A stretch of DNA of 63,773 nt, the filler included, from Octopus bimaculoides (lineage: Eukaryota): assembly GCF_001194135.2 (NCBI RefSeq). It is 4 parts of 2 records of this genome, joined end to end, with 100 filler letters (N's around TTAATTAATTAA, not from the genome) between each part and the next. Parts side by side here need not be neighbours in the genome. Positions count along the whole stretch, not along the records: positions 1 to 6,302 come from NC_068982.1; positions 6,403 to 27,473 come from NC_068982.1; 2 more parts are not named here. One strand, 5' to 3'. Position numbers and translations under genes: made by a program. A model generated the notes under the pieces. The model was not told the origin of the DNA. It ran no database searches and was given only the letters and a program-made list of their open reading frames with translations. Position 1 is the first letter of the stretch, and every line of letters starts with the position of its first letter. Positions 1 through 12,021 of this stretch are shown in pieces.

Positions 1-64
1 TATATATATATATATATTCATACTCACACATGTATTTATATATTAGTATATGCATATGTATGCG

Positions 65-98
<34 letters not shown>

Positions 99-639
99 TG
101 TATGTATGTATGTATGTATGTATGTATGTATGCGTATGCATTATGTGTATTAGGTTAGCTCATTTACTATAAAGATCACAAACATGAAAAGGTCAACAAC
201 ATTAAATGCATAATGAAATGTTACAATAAGAATTTTCTCCATCTTTCCCCTCTTTCCTTTGATTTCCTAATTCGTCTCTTACACTTTGTTTTCCGCTTAT
301 AAATATAATATGCAACAAAGTTTCTTCTTTTTGTTGTTGTCAGAGGTCTTTTTGTTTGTTTGTTTCTTTCTTTTAACAAGTACAGTTTAAATTCCAACCA
401 TACCAATGTATTCATTATACATATTTACATATTGTACACAACGAAGTGAACTAAGTTCAATAAGTACGGACACATGGAGTACTGGTGACTTGATGCTGCG
501 GTCGTCAACCTTTTTTGCACCACAGGCAGGTTTCATGCAAGACAATTTTTCCTCGGATTTGGGGGTCATACGCATAAGGAAACACAATAAAGGGCTTAAC
601 ATATGATTTAATCATTACATTTATAACACGTATACATTG

Positions 640-1022
640 CATGTTGGCACTGCGTCGCTTACGACGTCGAGGGTTCCAGTTGATCCGATCAACGGAACAG
701 CTTGCTCGTGAAATTAACGTAGAAGTGGCTGAGCACTCCACAGACACGTGTACCTTTAACGTAGTTCCCGGGGATATTCAGCGTGACACAGTGTGACAAA
801 GTTGACCCTTTGAATTACAGGCACAACAGAAACAGGAAGTAAGAGTGAGAGAAAGTTGGGGCGAAAGAGTACAGCAGGGTTCGCCACCATCCCCTGCCGG
901 AGCCTCGTGGAGCTTTAGATGTTTTCGCTCAATCAACACTCACAACGCCCGGTCTGGGAATCGAAACCGCGATCCTATGACCGGGAGTCCGCTGCCCTAA
1001 CCACTGGGCCATTGTGCCTCCA
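640..1022 (-). mobile_element. tRNA-derived SINE, near full length
   Basis: The minus strand begins GTGGAGGCACAATGGCCCAGTGGTTAGGGCAGCGGACTCCCGGTCATAGGATCGCGGTTTCGATTCCCAGACCGGGCG, with Pol III A-box- and B-box-like motifs, followed by a non-tRNA body. It matches my recollection of a common octopus SINE. Confidence 0.85.
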
Positions 1023-1260
1023 CTATACATTGCATATACAATATATAATGCAAAAAAGCACTCCGTAGACTGCAATAGTGAAAGGAAACAGAAATAAAAT
1101 TCAAAAAGTTATTGTTTCTGTGCGGCCCGATACTGCTCTGCAGCTCAGTGGTTGGATACTTCTCACTTAATGAACAAAATAGTGACAAAAAATAGGCGCA
1201 GGCGAGGCTGTGTGATAAGAAGCTAGTTTTCCAGCCACATGGTTCCGGTTTCAGCTCCAG

Positions 1261-1488
1261 GAATACTGGTGGAATATTCCCATCAAAACTTCTGTCAAAT
1301 GTAAACATAACAGGCCGGATATTGTTGTTTGGGACTGAGGGGCAAAGATATGTACCATCATAGAGGTCAGCTGCCCTGTAGATATAAATATCTCTTTGAA
1401 AATCAAAGAAAAAGAGGATATCTATGGACAACAGCTTCGAAACCTCCAGCTTCTATATCCTGACAATGAATTCATATTCATACCAATA
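1261..1488 (+). mobile_element. Fragment of a restriction-like endonuclease (RLE) domain from an R4/Dong/NeSL-type non-LTR retrotransposon
   Basis: Translates as EYWWNIPIKTSVKCKHNRPDIVVWD*GAKICTIIEVSCPVDINISLKIKEKEDIYGQQLRNLQLLYPDNEFIFIP. This has the RPD...E-x-x-C-P...K..KY pattern of PD-(D/E)xK RLE domains, with one internal stop. Confidence 0.8.
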
Positions 1489-2178
1489 TGGCGGCACTTC
1501 TGAACTAAAAATCTAACTAAAAGTACAGACAAATAAATTAAATTCAGCTTACACTACGGTACACCTAGCTTCGTCTCGTGGCACACCATTGTGCTACGGT
1601 ATAGCGGTTGCGGAGCACTGGACTAGAACGAAATATAGTCGTAGGCACATGAGCGGTGTTGTGTGTAAACAAATATTTAGATTTGTCCAAATATGTTTGG
1701 GACAAATTTGATCTGTGAAAATCATATTTAAGTGTTTTTTTTTCTTTGTGAAAATCATATTTAAGTGTTTGTTTTCTTTGTTCTGTGTTTGCTTTAAAAT
1801 GCACTTGAATAAGATTTACCTTAGATCTCAAATTTGCCGGAAAACTATTCTCTAGTGCATTATAAATTACCGCAGTTTATCTTTTATCGTTTTCTTGTTT
1901 CAGTCATTCGACTGCAGCAATTATGGGGCACCGCTTTGAAGAATTTTAGTCGAACTTATCGACCCCTATACTTATTAGTTTTTGTAAAGACTGGTACTTA
2001 TTCTGTTGGTCTCTTTTGCCGAACCGTTAAGTTATAGAAGCATAAACACACCAACAGCGGTTGTCAAGCAGTGGTGGAAAACAAACACATTCTGGGCTAT
2101 CATCACTGTCGGATTCCAGACTGGACCTTAGATATCATATATAATATACATGCATTGCATGCATAAATATAAGTATAT

Positions 2179-2224
<46 letters not shown>

Positions 2225-2309
2225 GCACGCGCGCGCATATGGATATGTGTGTGGGTGGGTCAATGAGAGTGTGTGAGTGTGTTGCATCTGTATATATGTA
2301 TAGTTACTT

Positions 2310-2512
2310 TTTTACTCTTTTACTTGTTTCAGTCATTTGACTGCGGCCATGCTGGAGCACCGCCTTTAGTGGAGCAAATCGACCCCAGGACTTATTCTTT
2401 GTAAGCCTAGTACTTGTTCTATCGGTCTCTTTTTGTCGAACCGCTAAGTTACGGGGACGTAAACACACCAGCATCGGTTGTCAAGCGATGGTGTGGGTGA
2501 CAAACACAGACA
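2310..2512 (-). mobile_element. SINE family A, 3' half (CpG-intact copy)
   Basis: TTACTCTTTTACTTGTTTCAGTCATTTGACTGCGGCCATGCTGGAGCACCGCC...CAAACACAGACAC recurs at ~1885, 9170 (opposite strand), 20310, 22150 (opposite strand), 30015, 31795, 42855, 47135 and 62110. Confidence 0.9.
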
Positions 2513-3017
2513 CACATACATACATATATATATATATATANNNNNNNNNNNNNNNNNNNNNNNNNNNNNNNNNNNNNNNNNNNNNNNNNNNNNNNNNNNN
2601 NNNNNNNNNNNNNNNNNNNNNNNNNNNNNNNNNNNNNNNNNNNNNNNNNNNNNNNNNNNNNNNNNNNNNNNNNNNNNNNNNNNNNNNNNNNNNNNNNNNN
2701 NNNNNNNNNNNNNNNNNNNNNNNNNNNNNNNNNNNNNNNNNNNNNNNNNNNNNNNNNNNNNNNNNNNNNNNNNNNNNNNNNNNNNNNNNNNNNNNNNNNN
2801 NNNNNNNNNNNNNNNNNNNNNNNNNNNNNNNNNNNNNNNNNNNNNNNNNNNNNNNNNNNNNNNNNNNNNNNNNNNNNNNNNNNNNNNNNNNNNNNNNNNN
2901 NNNNNNNNNNNNNNNNNNNNNNNNNNNNNNNNNNNNNNNNNNNNNNNNNNNNNNNNNNNNNNNNNNNNNNNNNNNNNNNNNNNNNNNNNNNNNNNNNNNN
3001 NNNNNNNNNNNNNNNNN

Positions 3018-3054
<37 letters not shown>

Positions 3055-3239
3055 CAGACAGACGGACGGATGGACAGACAGACACACAGACAAAAATGAC
3101 ACACAAAAAAAAAACATAAGCAAAACGACACAAGGATAGATATGCATTATGTGTTAATGTGTGAGAAATCGGAAAATTATATGCTACATTCTGAATGAAT
3201 CCCACAATACAAAACTGTATCATACGCTACCGCCCACCA

Positions 3240-3458
3240 ACAACACCATAGCACACCTCCACCATCACCACCAGCATCATCATCCTCCTCATCGTCATCA
3301 TCACCATCATCACCACCACTGCTATGCGTACCTTCACTACCACCCATATCGCCTCCATCACGTCAGCCAATTGTCGTACCAATACTATTTCTACATCCCA
3401 TTAACAATCACTACAAATAACCACCACCACCACCACCAACACCACCACCAACAACACC

Positions 3459-3490
<32 letters not shown>

Positions 3491-3660
3491 CAACAACACC
3501 ACCACCGCCACCACCACCGATGTCAGACCAACTACACGAATCCCTACATCCAAACATAACGCCTTACATCCCGTCCACCTCCACATCAACTCTTATTACC
3601 ACTACCAAGAACACCGCAACCACCACCGTCACCACTACCACCATTTCTACTATCAACATA
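3240..3660. repeat. CAC/CAT/CAA low-complexity trinucleotide tract
   Basis: Read directly from the sequence; it produces the spurious poly-H/Q/T ORFs. Confidence 0.9.
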
Positions 3661-4984
3661 GACCTACTAAAACCTTTACTTACAAACTCCCTCTCAAAAA
3701 TCTTCATTCATCGCGCAACACCTGCTTTTTTTAAAAGCCTGCGACTGTTTTTCGTTCACTTCTCCTTCCCTCTTTATCTTTCTGTTCTCCGCGTCTTTCC
3801 TCTCCCCCACCACCATTCACATCTTTTTTTTTTTTTTGCCATAACCAAAAATCACTACAACACACACACACACACACACACACAAGCGTGCGCAAGCATG
3901 CACGCACATTTATATAACCATGCATATTCACAAGCGTTTAATCACTCAGATAAGCACACCCAGTAAATGCATTAGATTATACACCACCTACACAAAACTC
4001 ACAAGCACATGGCTTACCTGAACATACGCATGCGTGCACACACTCACATATATATAGAGAAGCTGACCTAGGTTCACTCACACAACACTGCTGTCTAACT
4101 TTTCCCCACACTTTTTTTTATAACCGAATATATGAAAAAAAAGAATAATAAAACGTTAAAAAAAGGGACTCCGATGAAAAGGCGTTCAAGATCATTCCCA
4201 CATTTAGCTGTTTACTTCTGGATTGGGGACGCAGGGGAGTCGAGGTTTTTAGATGAATGGTTGTAGAATACTCATACGCAGACAGCAATCTTTTGTAGGG
4301 CAACAATGAACTAGAGTCCAAATGCATGATCAACCTGTCTTTCTTTTGTTCCATTCAACGTTTCATATTTATAAACGTTTTAATAGATTTATTATGTCTA
4401 GCCAGCAAAAGCGAGTGAAACTGCGTTTGGTTTTTTTAATTTTTTATATGTTTTCCTCTTCTCTTTACTTTAATAAAGAGCGTTATGTGAACACTTTATA
4501 AAAAATGACACTTAAAAGTACCTCGTATCAGCGTCGTCAAAGGAAACCCATGCATAATGAGAACGTAAACGAGGGCAGAATGCTTGCTGGTCGAAATGGT
4601 GGAACGCCACACTAAAATACTCAATAGCATATAGTGTTGTCCTTTTCTATATTCATAGCTCTAATCCTGCTTAAATACTTCAATTTCTTCAAAGGTGATA
4701 AAATAAAGACCGATACACGAGAGCGCTGTGTGTGGTGTATATAACATCATTTTTGTTGCTGTTTAGTTGGTTGGTCGGTTAGTTGGTTGGTTGGCTGGTC
4801 GGTTAGTTGGTTGGTTGGTTGGTCGGTTAGTTGGCTGGTTGGTTGGTTGGTTGATTGGGTTATGCGTGATTGAATATGCAAGAGCGTAGGCGTATGTAAT
4901 TTAAGTATCTATAACGAATATACTTATGAGACTTGATCAGAAATCCTTATTTAGCAAGACGCGTTACTGAGTCTGACAAAATAC

Positions 4985-5530
4985 TTAACGCCATTTTCTC
5001 CGGCTCTTTACATTCTGAGTTCAAGTTCCCCTTAGGTCGACATTGCCTTTCATCCTTCCGGGATCGATAAAATGTTGCACTAACCAAGTACTCGGGTCGA
5101 TGTAATCGTCAAGCTCACCCCACCACAAAAGTTCTAGATATTGTGACTACAGAAGAATTATTCACTACGACGCTTTAGCAAGTGAAACAAAATGCTTAGC
5201 GCCATTTATTCCGGCCCTTTACGTTTAGAGTTCAAATTTCACCGGGGTCAACTTTTTCATCTTTCTGGGGTCGAAAAAATAGATTAGCTATCAAGTACTT
5301 GGGTCGATGTAATCGACAAGCTCCTCCCCTAAAATTTCAGGCCTTGCGGCTATAGTGGAAAGAATTATTTAGTGCGACCCTTAGCGAGACAAACGAAATG
5401 CTAAGTGCTATTTCTTCAGGCTCTTTACGCTCTGAGTTCAGATTCCATCGAGTTCAACTCTGACTTTCATCCTTTCGGAGTCGATGAAATCAACTTGTCT
5501 CAGTTCCCTTCAAAACTGCTATTGTTGTAC
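4985..5530 (+). mobile_element. About three tandem copies of SINE family B (~200 bp unit)
   Basis: Repeated unit: cttagcgccatt...ctttacgttctgagttcaa...gtcaactttgcctttcatcc-ttc-ggggtcgat...agtact-gggtcgatgtaatcgac. Other copies lie at 16520-16650, 32810-33230 (opposite strand, two copies) and 51170-51395. Confidence 0.85.
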
Positions 5531-6253
5531 CAAAATTAGAAGGAATTATTTATTTACTATGAGGAAAATAAATGGAGTGAGCGAATGCGCCAGGTCGTTG
5601 GATTGAATGTCTTGCGGTATTTAGTTACAGCCATTTTCATATTCTAAGCTCAAATCCAAACGAAGTCATCTTTGCTCTTTTCTCTATTACGGGATCAATT
5701 AAATAGAGAAGAAAACTATTAACTACGCAAAAGTTAATAAAACTGTTAACATATCAGCATTCGGGTCTGTTGAAAATTACATCAAACACGTTGTTTTGTA
5801 TTATGTTTCTCAACTGCTTCCGAGTCTACAACTGAAGTACACCTTGCCAAATTCTTGAACTACTCAAATGGAATTCGATATGCCACATATTTTGGTCAAA
5901 GTACATCTTTCAAGATATATTGATACTTCCCCCACCCCATAAAAAATTGTTTTTTAGTCTCAACACTAAAGTAATGCAATACAGTTTAATAACATTTTTC
6001 TGTAATAAAATCTTTTTAAATTACTGGTAAATAACGAAATGATAACTTCTCGTATTTCCCCAGGAAGAAAAATAAACGGGATTGAGAAAGCTCACTAATG
6101 CTAGCAAAAATATGTCATGCGAATGGATATAACGTTCAAAGTAATGTGTGTCAATTACGAAAGCATTAGTGGAACTAGTGTTATATTTTCTGAGAAGTTC
6201 AAAGGCAAAGATGTTCCAGTTACTTTAAGATGGAAACCATAAAATTCAATATA

Positions 6254-6298
<45 letters not shown>

Positions 6299-6486
6299 AC
6301 AGNNNNNNNNNNNNNNNNNNNNNNNNNNNNNNNNNNNNNNNNNNNNTTAATTAATTAANNNNNNNNNNNNNNNNNNNNNNNNNNNNNNNNNNNNNNNNNN
6401 NNTTTCTTTAATCATTGGAAGGTGATCGCTTATAAGCTTTAAGTTTATAAAAAAAACTTTACGTTTATGAATTTGTGTTGCAGATG

Positions 6487-6800
6487 TATTTCGGGATGAT
6501 CATTTTTTTTTTTTTTTTGCCAAATAAATACACGCACCATATATTTGTTCTTCATTCGTTTATTACTGTTCTTATTCTAACTCATGTCCATTGTCCGGAA
6601 ATCTTTCGTCACACATCTATGACCTCATCACTGACACTTTCCGTCTTCGTGTGTTCTCTTGCTCTGCTTATTCTATTCTCAGTGAATGGGCATGAGTTAG
6701 AATAAGAACAGTAATAAACGAGTGAATAATGAATATATATATATATATATATAGTGCGTGTGTTTATTTGGCAAAAAAAAAACGACCGTCCCAAAATACA
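6487..6800. mobile_element. Foldback element with ~105 bp terminal inverted repeats and a hammerhead-like core in the spacer
   Basis: The left arm (gtatttcgggatgatc..gccaaataaatacacgcac..ttcattcgtttattactgttcttattctaactcatgtccatt) is the reverse complement of the right arm (aatgggcatgagttagaataagaacagtaataaacgagtgaa..gtgcgtgtgtttatttggcaaaa..gtcccaaaatac). A second copy lies at 52860-53125. Confidence 0.8.
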
Positions 6801-7567
6801 ACATTATGGAATACTAAGTGTATGTATGCATATGTGTGTGTGTGTGTGTGTGTGTATACACATACTTACACACACACATACACACACACACAAACACACA
6901 CACAAACACACACACAAACACACACACATACATAAATGGCATTTACATGTTGGCATGTGTTGTGTAATCCTTTCTCAGATCAGATATTAAAGACTTATGA
7001 CAGAGTTCTAGCCGTGGCCAACGCATGTCTTTCTTCTGTGAAATGCCAAGCTGTTTTAAGGGAACTTGACAGCTATTGATACTCCATCCGTAACTCGCAT
7101 TTGTGTGTATCTCTGCATGTATGTAAATCAGTCACTGTATGTTTATGTGTTTACATGTAAATGTTTTTATATGTGTAAGTGTGCAGAAAATGTATCTGTG
7201 TGCATATGATTGTAAATATGTGTGCGTGAAAGCGTGCATATTTTTGTGTGTTGATGTGTATGTGTATACATGCATGTCTATATGTGTGAACCATTATCTG
7301 GCTTTGCTCAAACATCAATTTGGATAGTTCTTTGCATATAAATATATATATATATGTGTGTTGCTGTAAACATATACGCAGACATATATCTGAGATATAT
7401 GTATATATATATGTGTGTATGTGTGTGTGTGTGTTTGCGTGTGGGTGTGTGTGTGCGTGTGTGTGAGAGTGAAGATGTGATTGTAAATATGAATGTATGC
7501 ATAGGTATAGTATTATGTGTGTGTGTGTATGTATAGGTGTGTGTGTGTATATGTGTGTGTGTGAGAA

Positions 7568-7608
<41 letters not shown>

Positions 7609-7684
7609 GTGCGTGACTGTATATATATAAGTGTGTGTGTGTGTATCTGTGTGTATTTCTGTATGTGTTTATATTTGGTTGTGT

Positions 7685-7719
<35 letters not shown>

Positions 7720-8834
7720 CATTTATGTGTGATACAATAGTGGTGGAGGAAAGACCTTGAGTTGTAGTTTGTGTATGGTTAGGTGTGTACGTTACTCAAG
7801 GTGACGTTGTATATATTTACTTAATTGGATTTCTCTCTCCTTCTGGGTGTGGATATATATATGTATATATATGTATGTATATATATATATNNNNNNNNNN
7901 NNNNNNNNNNNNNNNNNNNNNNNNNNNNNNNNNNNNNNNNNNNNNNNNNNNNNNNNNNNNNNNNNNNNNNNNNNNNNNNNNNNNNNNNNNNNNNNNNNNN
8001 NNNNNNNNNNNNNNNNNNNNNNNNNNNNNNNNNNNNNNNNNNNNNNNNNNNNNNNNNNNNNNNNNNNNNNNNNNNNNNNNNNNNNNNNNNNNNNNNNNNN
8101 NNNNNNNNNNNNNNNNNNNNNNNNNNNNNNNNNNNNNNNNNNNNNNNNNNNNNNNNNNNNNNNNNNNNNNNNNNNNNNNNNNNNNNNNNNNNNNNNNNNN
8201 NNNNNNNNNNNNNNNNNNNNNNNNNNNNNNNNNNNNNNNNNNNNNNNNNNNNNNNNNNNNNNNNNNNNNNNNNNNNNNNNNNNNNNNNNNNNNNNNNNNN
8301 NNNNNNNNNNNNNNNNNNNNNNNNNNNNNNNNNNNNNNNNNNNNNNNNNNNNNNNNNNNNNNNNNNNNNNNNNNNNNNNNNNNNNNNNNNNNNNNNNNNN
8401 NNNNNNNNNNNNNNNNNNNNNNNNNNNNNNNNNNNNNNNNNNNNNNNNNNNNNNNNNNNNNNNNNNNNNNNNNNNNNNNNNNNNNNNNNNNNNNNNNNNN
8501 NNNNNNNNNNNNNNNNNNNNNNNNNNNNNNNNNNNNNNNNNNNNNNNNNNNNNNNNNNNNNNNNNNNNNNNNNNNNNNNNNNNNNNNNNNNNNNNNNNNN
8601 NNNNNNNNNNNNNNNNNNNNNNNNNNNNNNNNNNNNNNNNNNNNNNNNNNNNNNNNNNNNNNNNNNNNNNNNNNNNNNNNNNNNNNNNNNNNNNNNNNNN
8701 NNNNNNNNNNNNNNNNNNNNNNNNNNNNNNNNNNNNNNNNNNNNNNNNNNNNNNNNNNNNNNNNNNNNNNNNNNNNNNNNNNTATATATATATGGGAGAA
8801 TATACAAATAATAACAACGGACGAGGACATACAT

Positions 8835-8865
<31 letters not shown>

Positions 8866-10278
8866 CATATATATACGTGGATGTGTGAATGTGTGTGAAT
8901 GTGTATGCTTATATGTATATGTGTGTAGGTATATGTATATGTGTGTGTATATATATATATATATGTATGTATGTATATATGTATGTATGTGTGTATATCA
9001 ATACAACCATACACAACCATATATTTACGAACACACACACACACACACACACAAACANNNNNNNNNNNNNNNNNNNNNNNNNNNNNNNNNNNNNNNNNNN
9101 NNNNNNNNNNNNNNNNNNNNNNNNNNNNNNNNNNNNNNNNNNNNNNNNNNNNNNNNNCGTGTATATGTGTGTGTGTATGTGTCTGTGTGTCTGTGTCTGT
9201 GTTTGTCCCCCCACCATCGCTGGAGAAGCGATGTTGGTGTGTTTACGTCCCCACGACTTAGTGGTTCGGCAAAAGGGGTTGAACATAATAAGTTAATTCC
9301 ATGTTATTTGAAATCATTACCTACAAGTTCAATTACCACGGAGAAATTGAAGAATCACTGCGCCGTTGTTTCACCCTACGCTACAATAATTCTGCCAATC
9401 TACTTGCGCTCGATTCGCGAAAGGTTTTTTTTTTCTTTATCTCGATCCTGTGTAGCGTTGCTCTGTAATCCGGATATCTTACTTTACGTTTAACATTAAT
9501 GCTCTCTCTCTGTCTCTCTCTATATGAGTCACATTTTATTATAAGCTTCCAGCAATTCCTCACCAAAGGCCGTGTTTTCATATTTTTTCATAAATATAAG
9601 GTATACATTATAAAATATTCCAATGATTTCTTCCTCTGTATTCTAGTGTTATGTTGCATTTGTGGGTTTTGATGCTCCAGATGGAGGAGCAATCTAGCCA
9701 TGACCATTCCGTCTTTTATTCAAGCACAAAAACTCTAGCTGCATTTATCTATTATACTCATTGTTTAAAGATATCATGCGTGATGTGAGGAGGAATTACT
9801 TGCTATATCTAGCAATTCCAGCGAAGTGGACAAGAACCACTCGTAATCTCCTCATCTGGTAATAACAAATTAAGGAGGGTGTGGTGTGATTCGCCAGAAT
9901 TTGCCAACACTTTCCTGTCTCTTATTCATTTAATTAATTTCTGTTCTGATTTTTTCAACTTTAATTTATTGAAATTCTCATTAATTGCGGAAAGAACTTG
10001 TGTTGTTGTAGTTTTTCTTCTTCTTCTTGTGTTAATTATTCAATTATTCTTATTAAGACAGAGTTTTAAAGTAACCATCTATTTAAAAATAATAAAAATT
10101 TATCAAATGAAATTATGACATGAGCATATGCGTATGTATGCAGGTATGCGTACATGTATATGCGTGTTTTTAATGTTTGTATATATGTATGTTTTTTGTA
10201 TGATGTATGTATGTATATATATATACATATATATATGTATGTGTGTGTTATGCATACTTATGTATATATATATATATA

Positions 10279-10314
<36 letters not shown>

Positions 10315-11174
10315 ATGTATACATACATTACATGCATACATACATACGTAAATTAAATGCAATGAACAATTAAAAGGACAACACGGGAGGAACAAATTTT
10401 AATAAATAAAGAACTAGTTTAATGCTTTGTTAAAAAGATAATGACTTAACGTTTCGGATATTAGTCCCTCATCAAGAGAAACAAAGAGAGGAGCTGAGAG
10501 GGAGTAAGAAAGAGAAATAGTAAAAAAATAAGGAGCAATGAGCCAGAACCTCAATGTGAATGCTGTTCTATGGGGGATTTAAAAAAGGAGCGAAGGCTGG
10601 GAGTATAAATGTAACTGTACGAGTTTATTTATGTCTGGAAAGGGTATAGGGGGGTATATTAGTTTGCTGTCTCTGTGTGTATGTTACTTTGCTGTATGTG
10701 TGTGTATAGAGATTTGCAAGTGTAGAAGTATAGTAGCGTTGGTTATCGAATGTGGGTTATTATGTGCGTAAACTCTAGGTAGGTGATCTCAAGGCGTGTA
10801 TGAAAGAAGGTAAAATCCGGCGCATCTGTGAAGAAATAAAGATAACAGCAAAGCACGTTGGAGGACAAAAACAATTACGCTGTCATTGGTGTGTTCATAA
10901 AACGTATGGATGTGAAAATGTTTCTTTTCAACTAAGAGGAAAGATTTAAATGTTAATTTGGAAAAGAAACATAATGTCTGAATTCATTGAAAAGAGCAAA
11001 ATTCAAAGATATTAGTAAAAATTACAGAATAATAGTAAAACGTCCAAGGAGTTTGTTAGAAGTGTCTAGAGTTGTAGTTCTCAACCACTTTTTTGTCTAT
11101 GGTACCTTTTGCTTCTTATTTTACTCCGGTGGACCCTCATAACAATTCGATATTTAAAAAATCCTGTTATATTA

Positions 11175-11344
11175 CTATTCTTATTTACATTATTTACATT
11201 TGACGGATATTTGTCCTCGTCTTGTTTGTTGTTAACACGTTTCTGCTGATATATCCTCCAGCCTTCATCAGGTATCTTCGGGAAATTTCGAACCTGCTTC
11301 TCATTCCTAAGCTATTTTTCGTTGTTATTATTATTATTATTATT

Positions 11345-11438
<94 letters not shown>

Positions 11439-11495
11439 TCACTACCTGGAATCGAACTCGGAATCTTGGGGTTAGTAGGCCACGCTCTTAACCAC
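11175..11495 (-). mobile_element. tRNA-derived SINE with an internal (AAT)n tract and a degenerate hammerhead motif in its 3' part
   Basis: The minus strand reads GTGGTTAAGAGCGTGGCCTACTAACCCCAAGATTCCGAGTTCGATTCCAGG (tRNA-like head), then (AAT)n, then CCTGATGAAGGCTGGAGGATATATCAGCAGAAACGTG. Confidence 0.75.
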
Positions 11496-11983
11496 NNNNN
11501 NNNNNNNNNNNNNNNNNNNNNNNNNNNNNNNNNNNNNNNNNNNNNNNNNNNNNNNNNNNNNNNNNNNNNNNNNNNNNNNNNNNNNNNNNNNNNNNNNNNN
11601 NNNNNNNNNNNNNNNNNNNNNNNNNNNNNNNNNNNNNNNNNNNNNNNNNNNNNNTTATTAGGAACTAAAAAAATTATCAAAATATTTTGTGTATCGGAGA
11701 AGTATAAAAAATTTATTTCTGATAAATTTTAACTGAAAATCTTATATGGAGCCCGGTTGAGAACCTTTGGTCTAGAAGATGGTAAGAAAGTTGTAAACTC
11801 TACGAAGGAGATAACTGCTGTGAAGGAGCTGATAAAATTCACTGTGAATTAAAGAGTGAGTAGCGGTCAAAGCTGTTAACCAAAACAAGGATGTCGAAAT
11901 GTTGAAGTAGGTGTGTATGAGAGGATGTGTGAAGAGTAGCTGCGTGTGGGTGTATGAGTGTGTGTGCGTCCACATGTCTGTGC

Positions 11984-12021
<38 letters not shown>

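Noticed and set aside
945-1022. tRNA-like sequences (also ~11440-11495, 30370-30432, 32280-32345, 43240-43295)
   Set aside because: They are SINE heads continuous with SINE bodies and have no complete cloverleaf.
6347-6358. TTAATTAATTAA islands inside N runs (also ~27518 and ~49142)
   Set aside because: The identical 12-mer is flanked by Ns each time and gives stops in all six frames, so it is an assembly spacer rather than biology.
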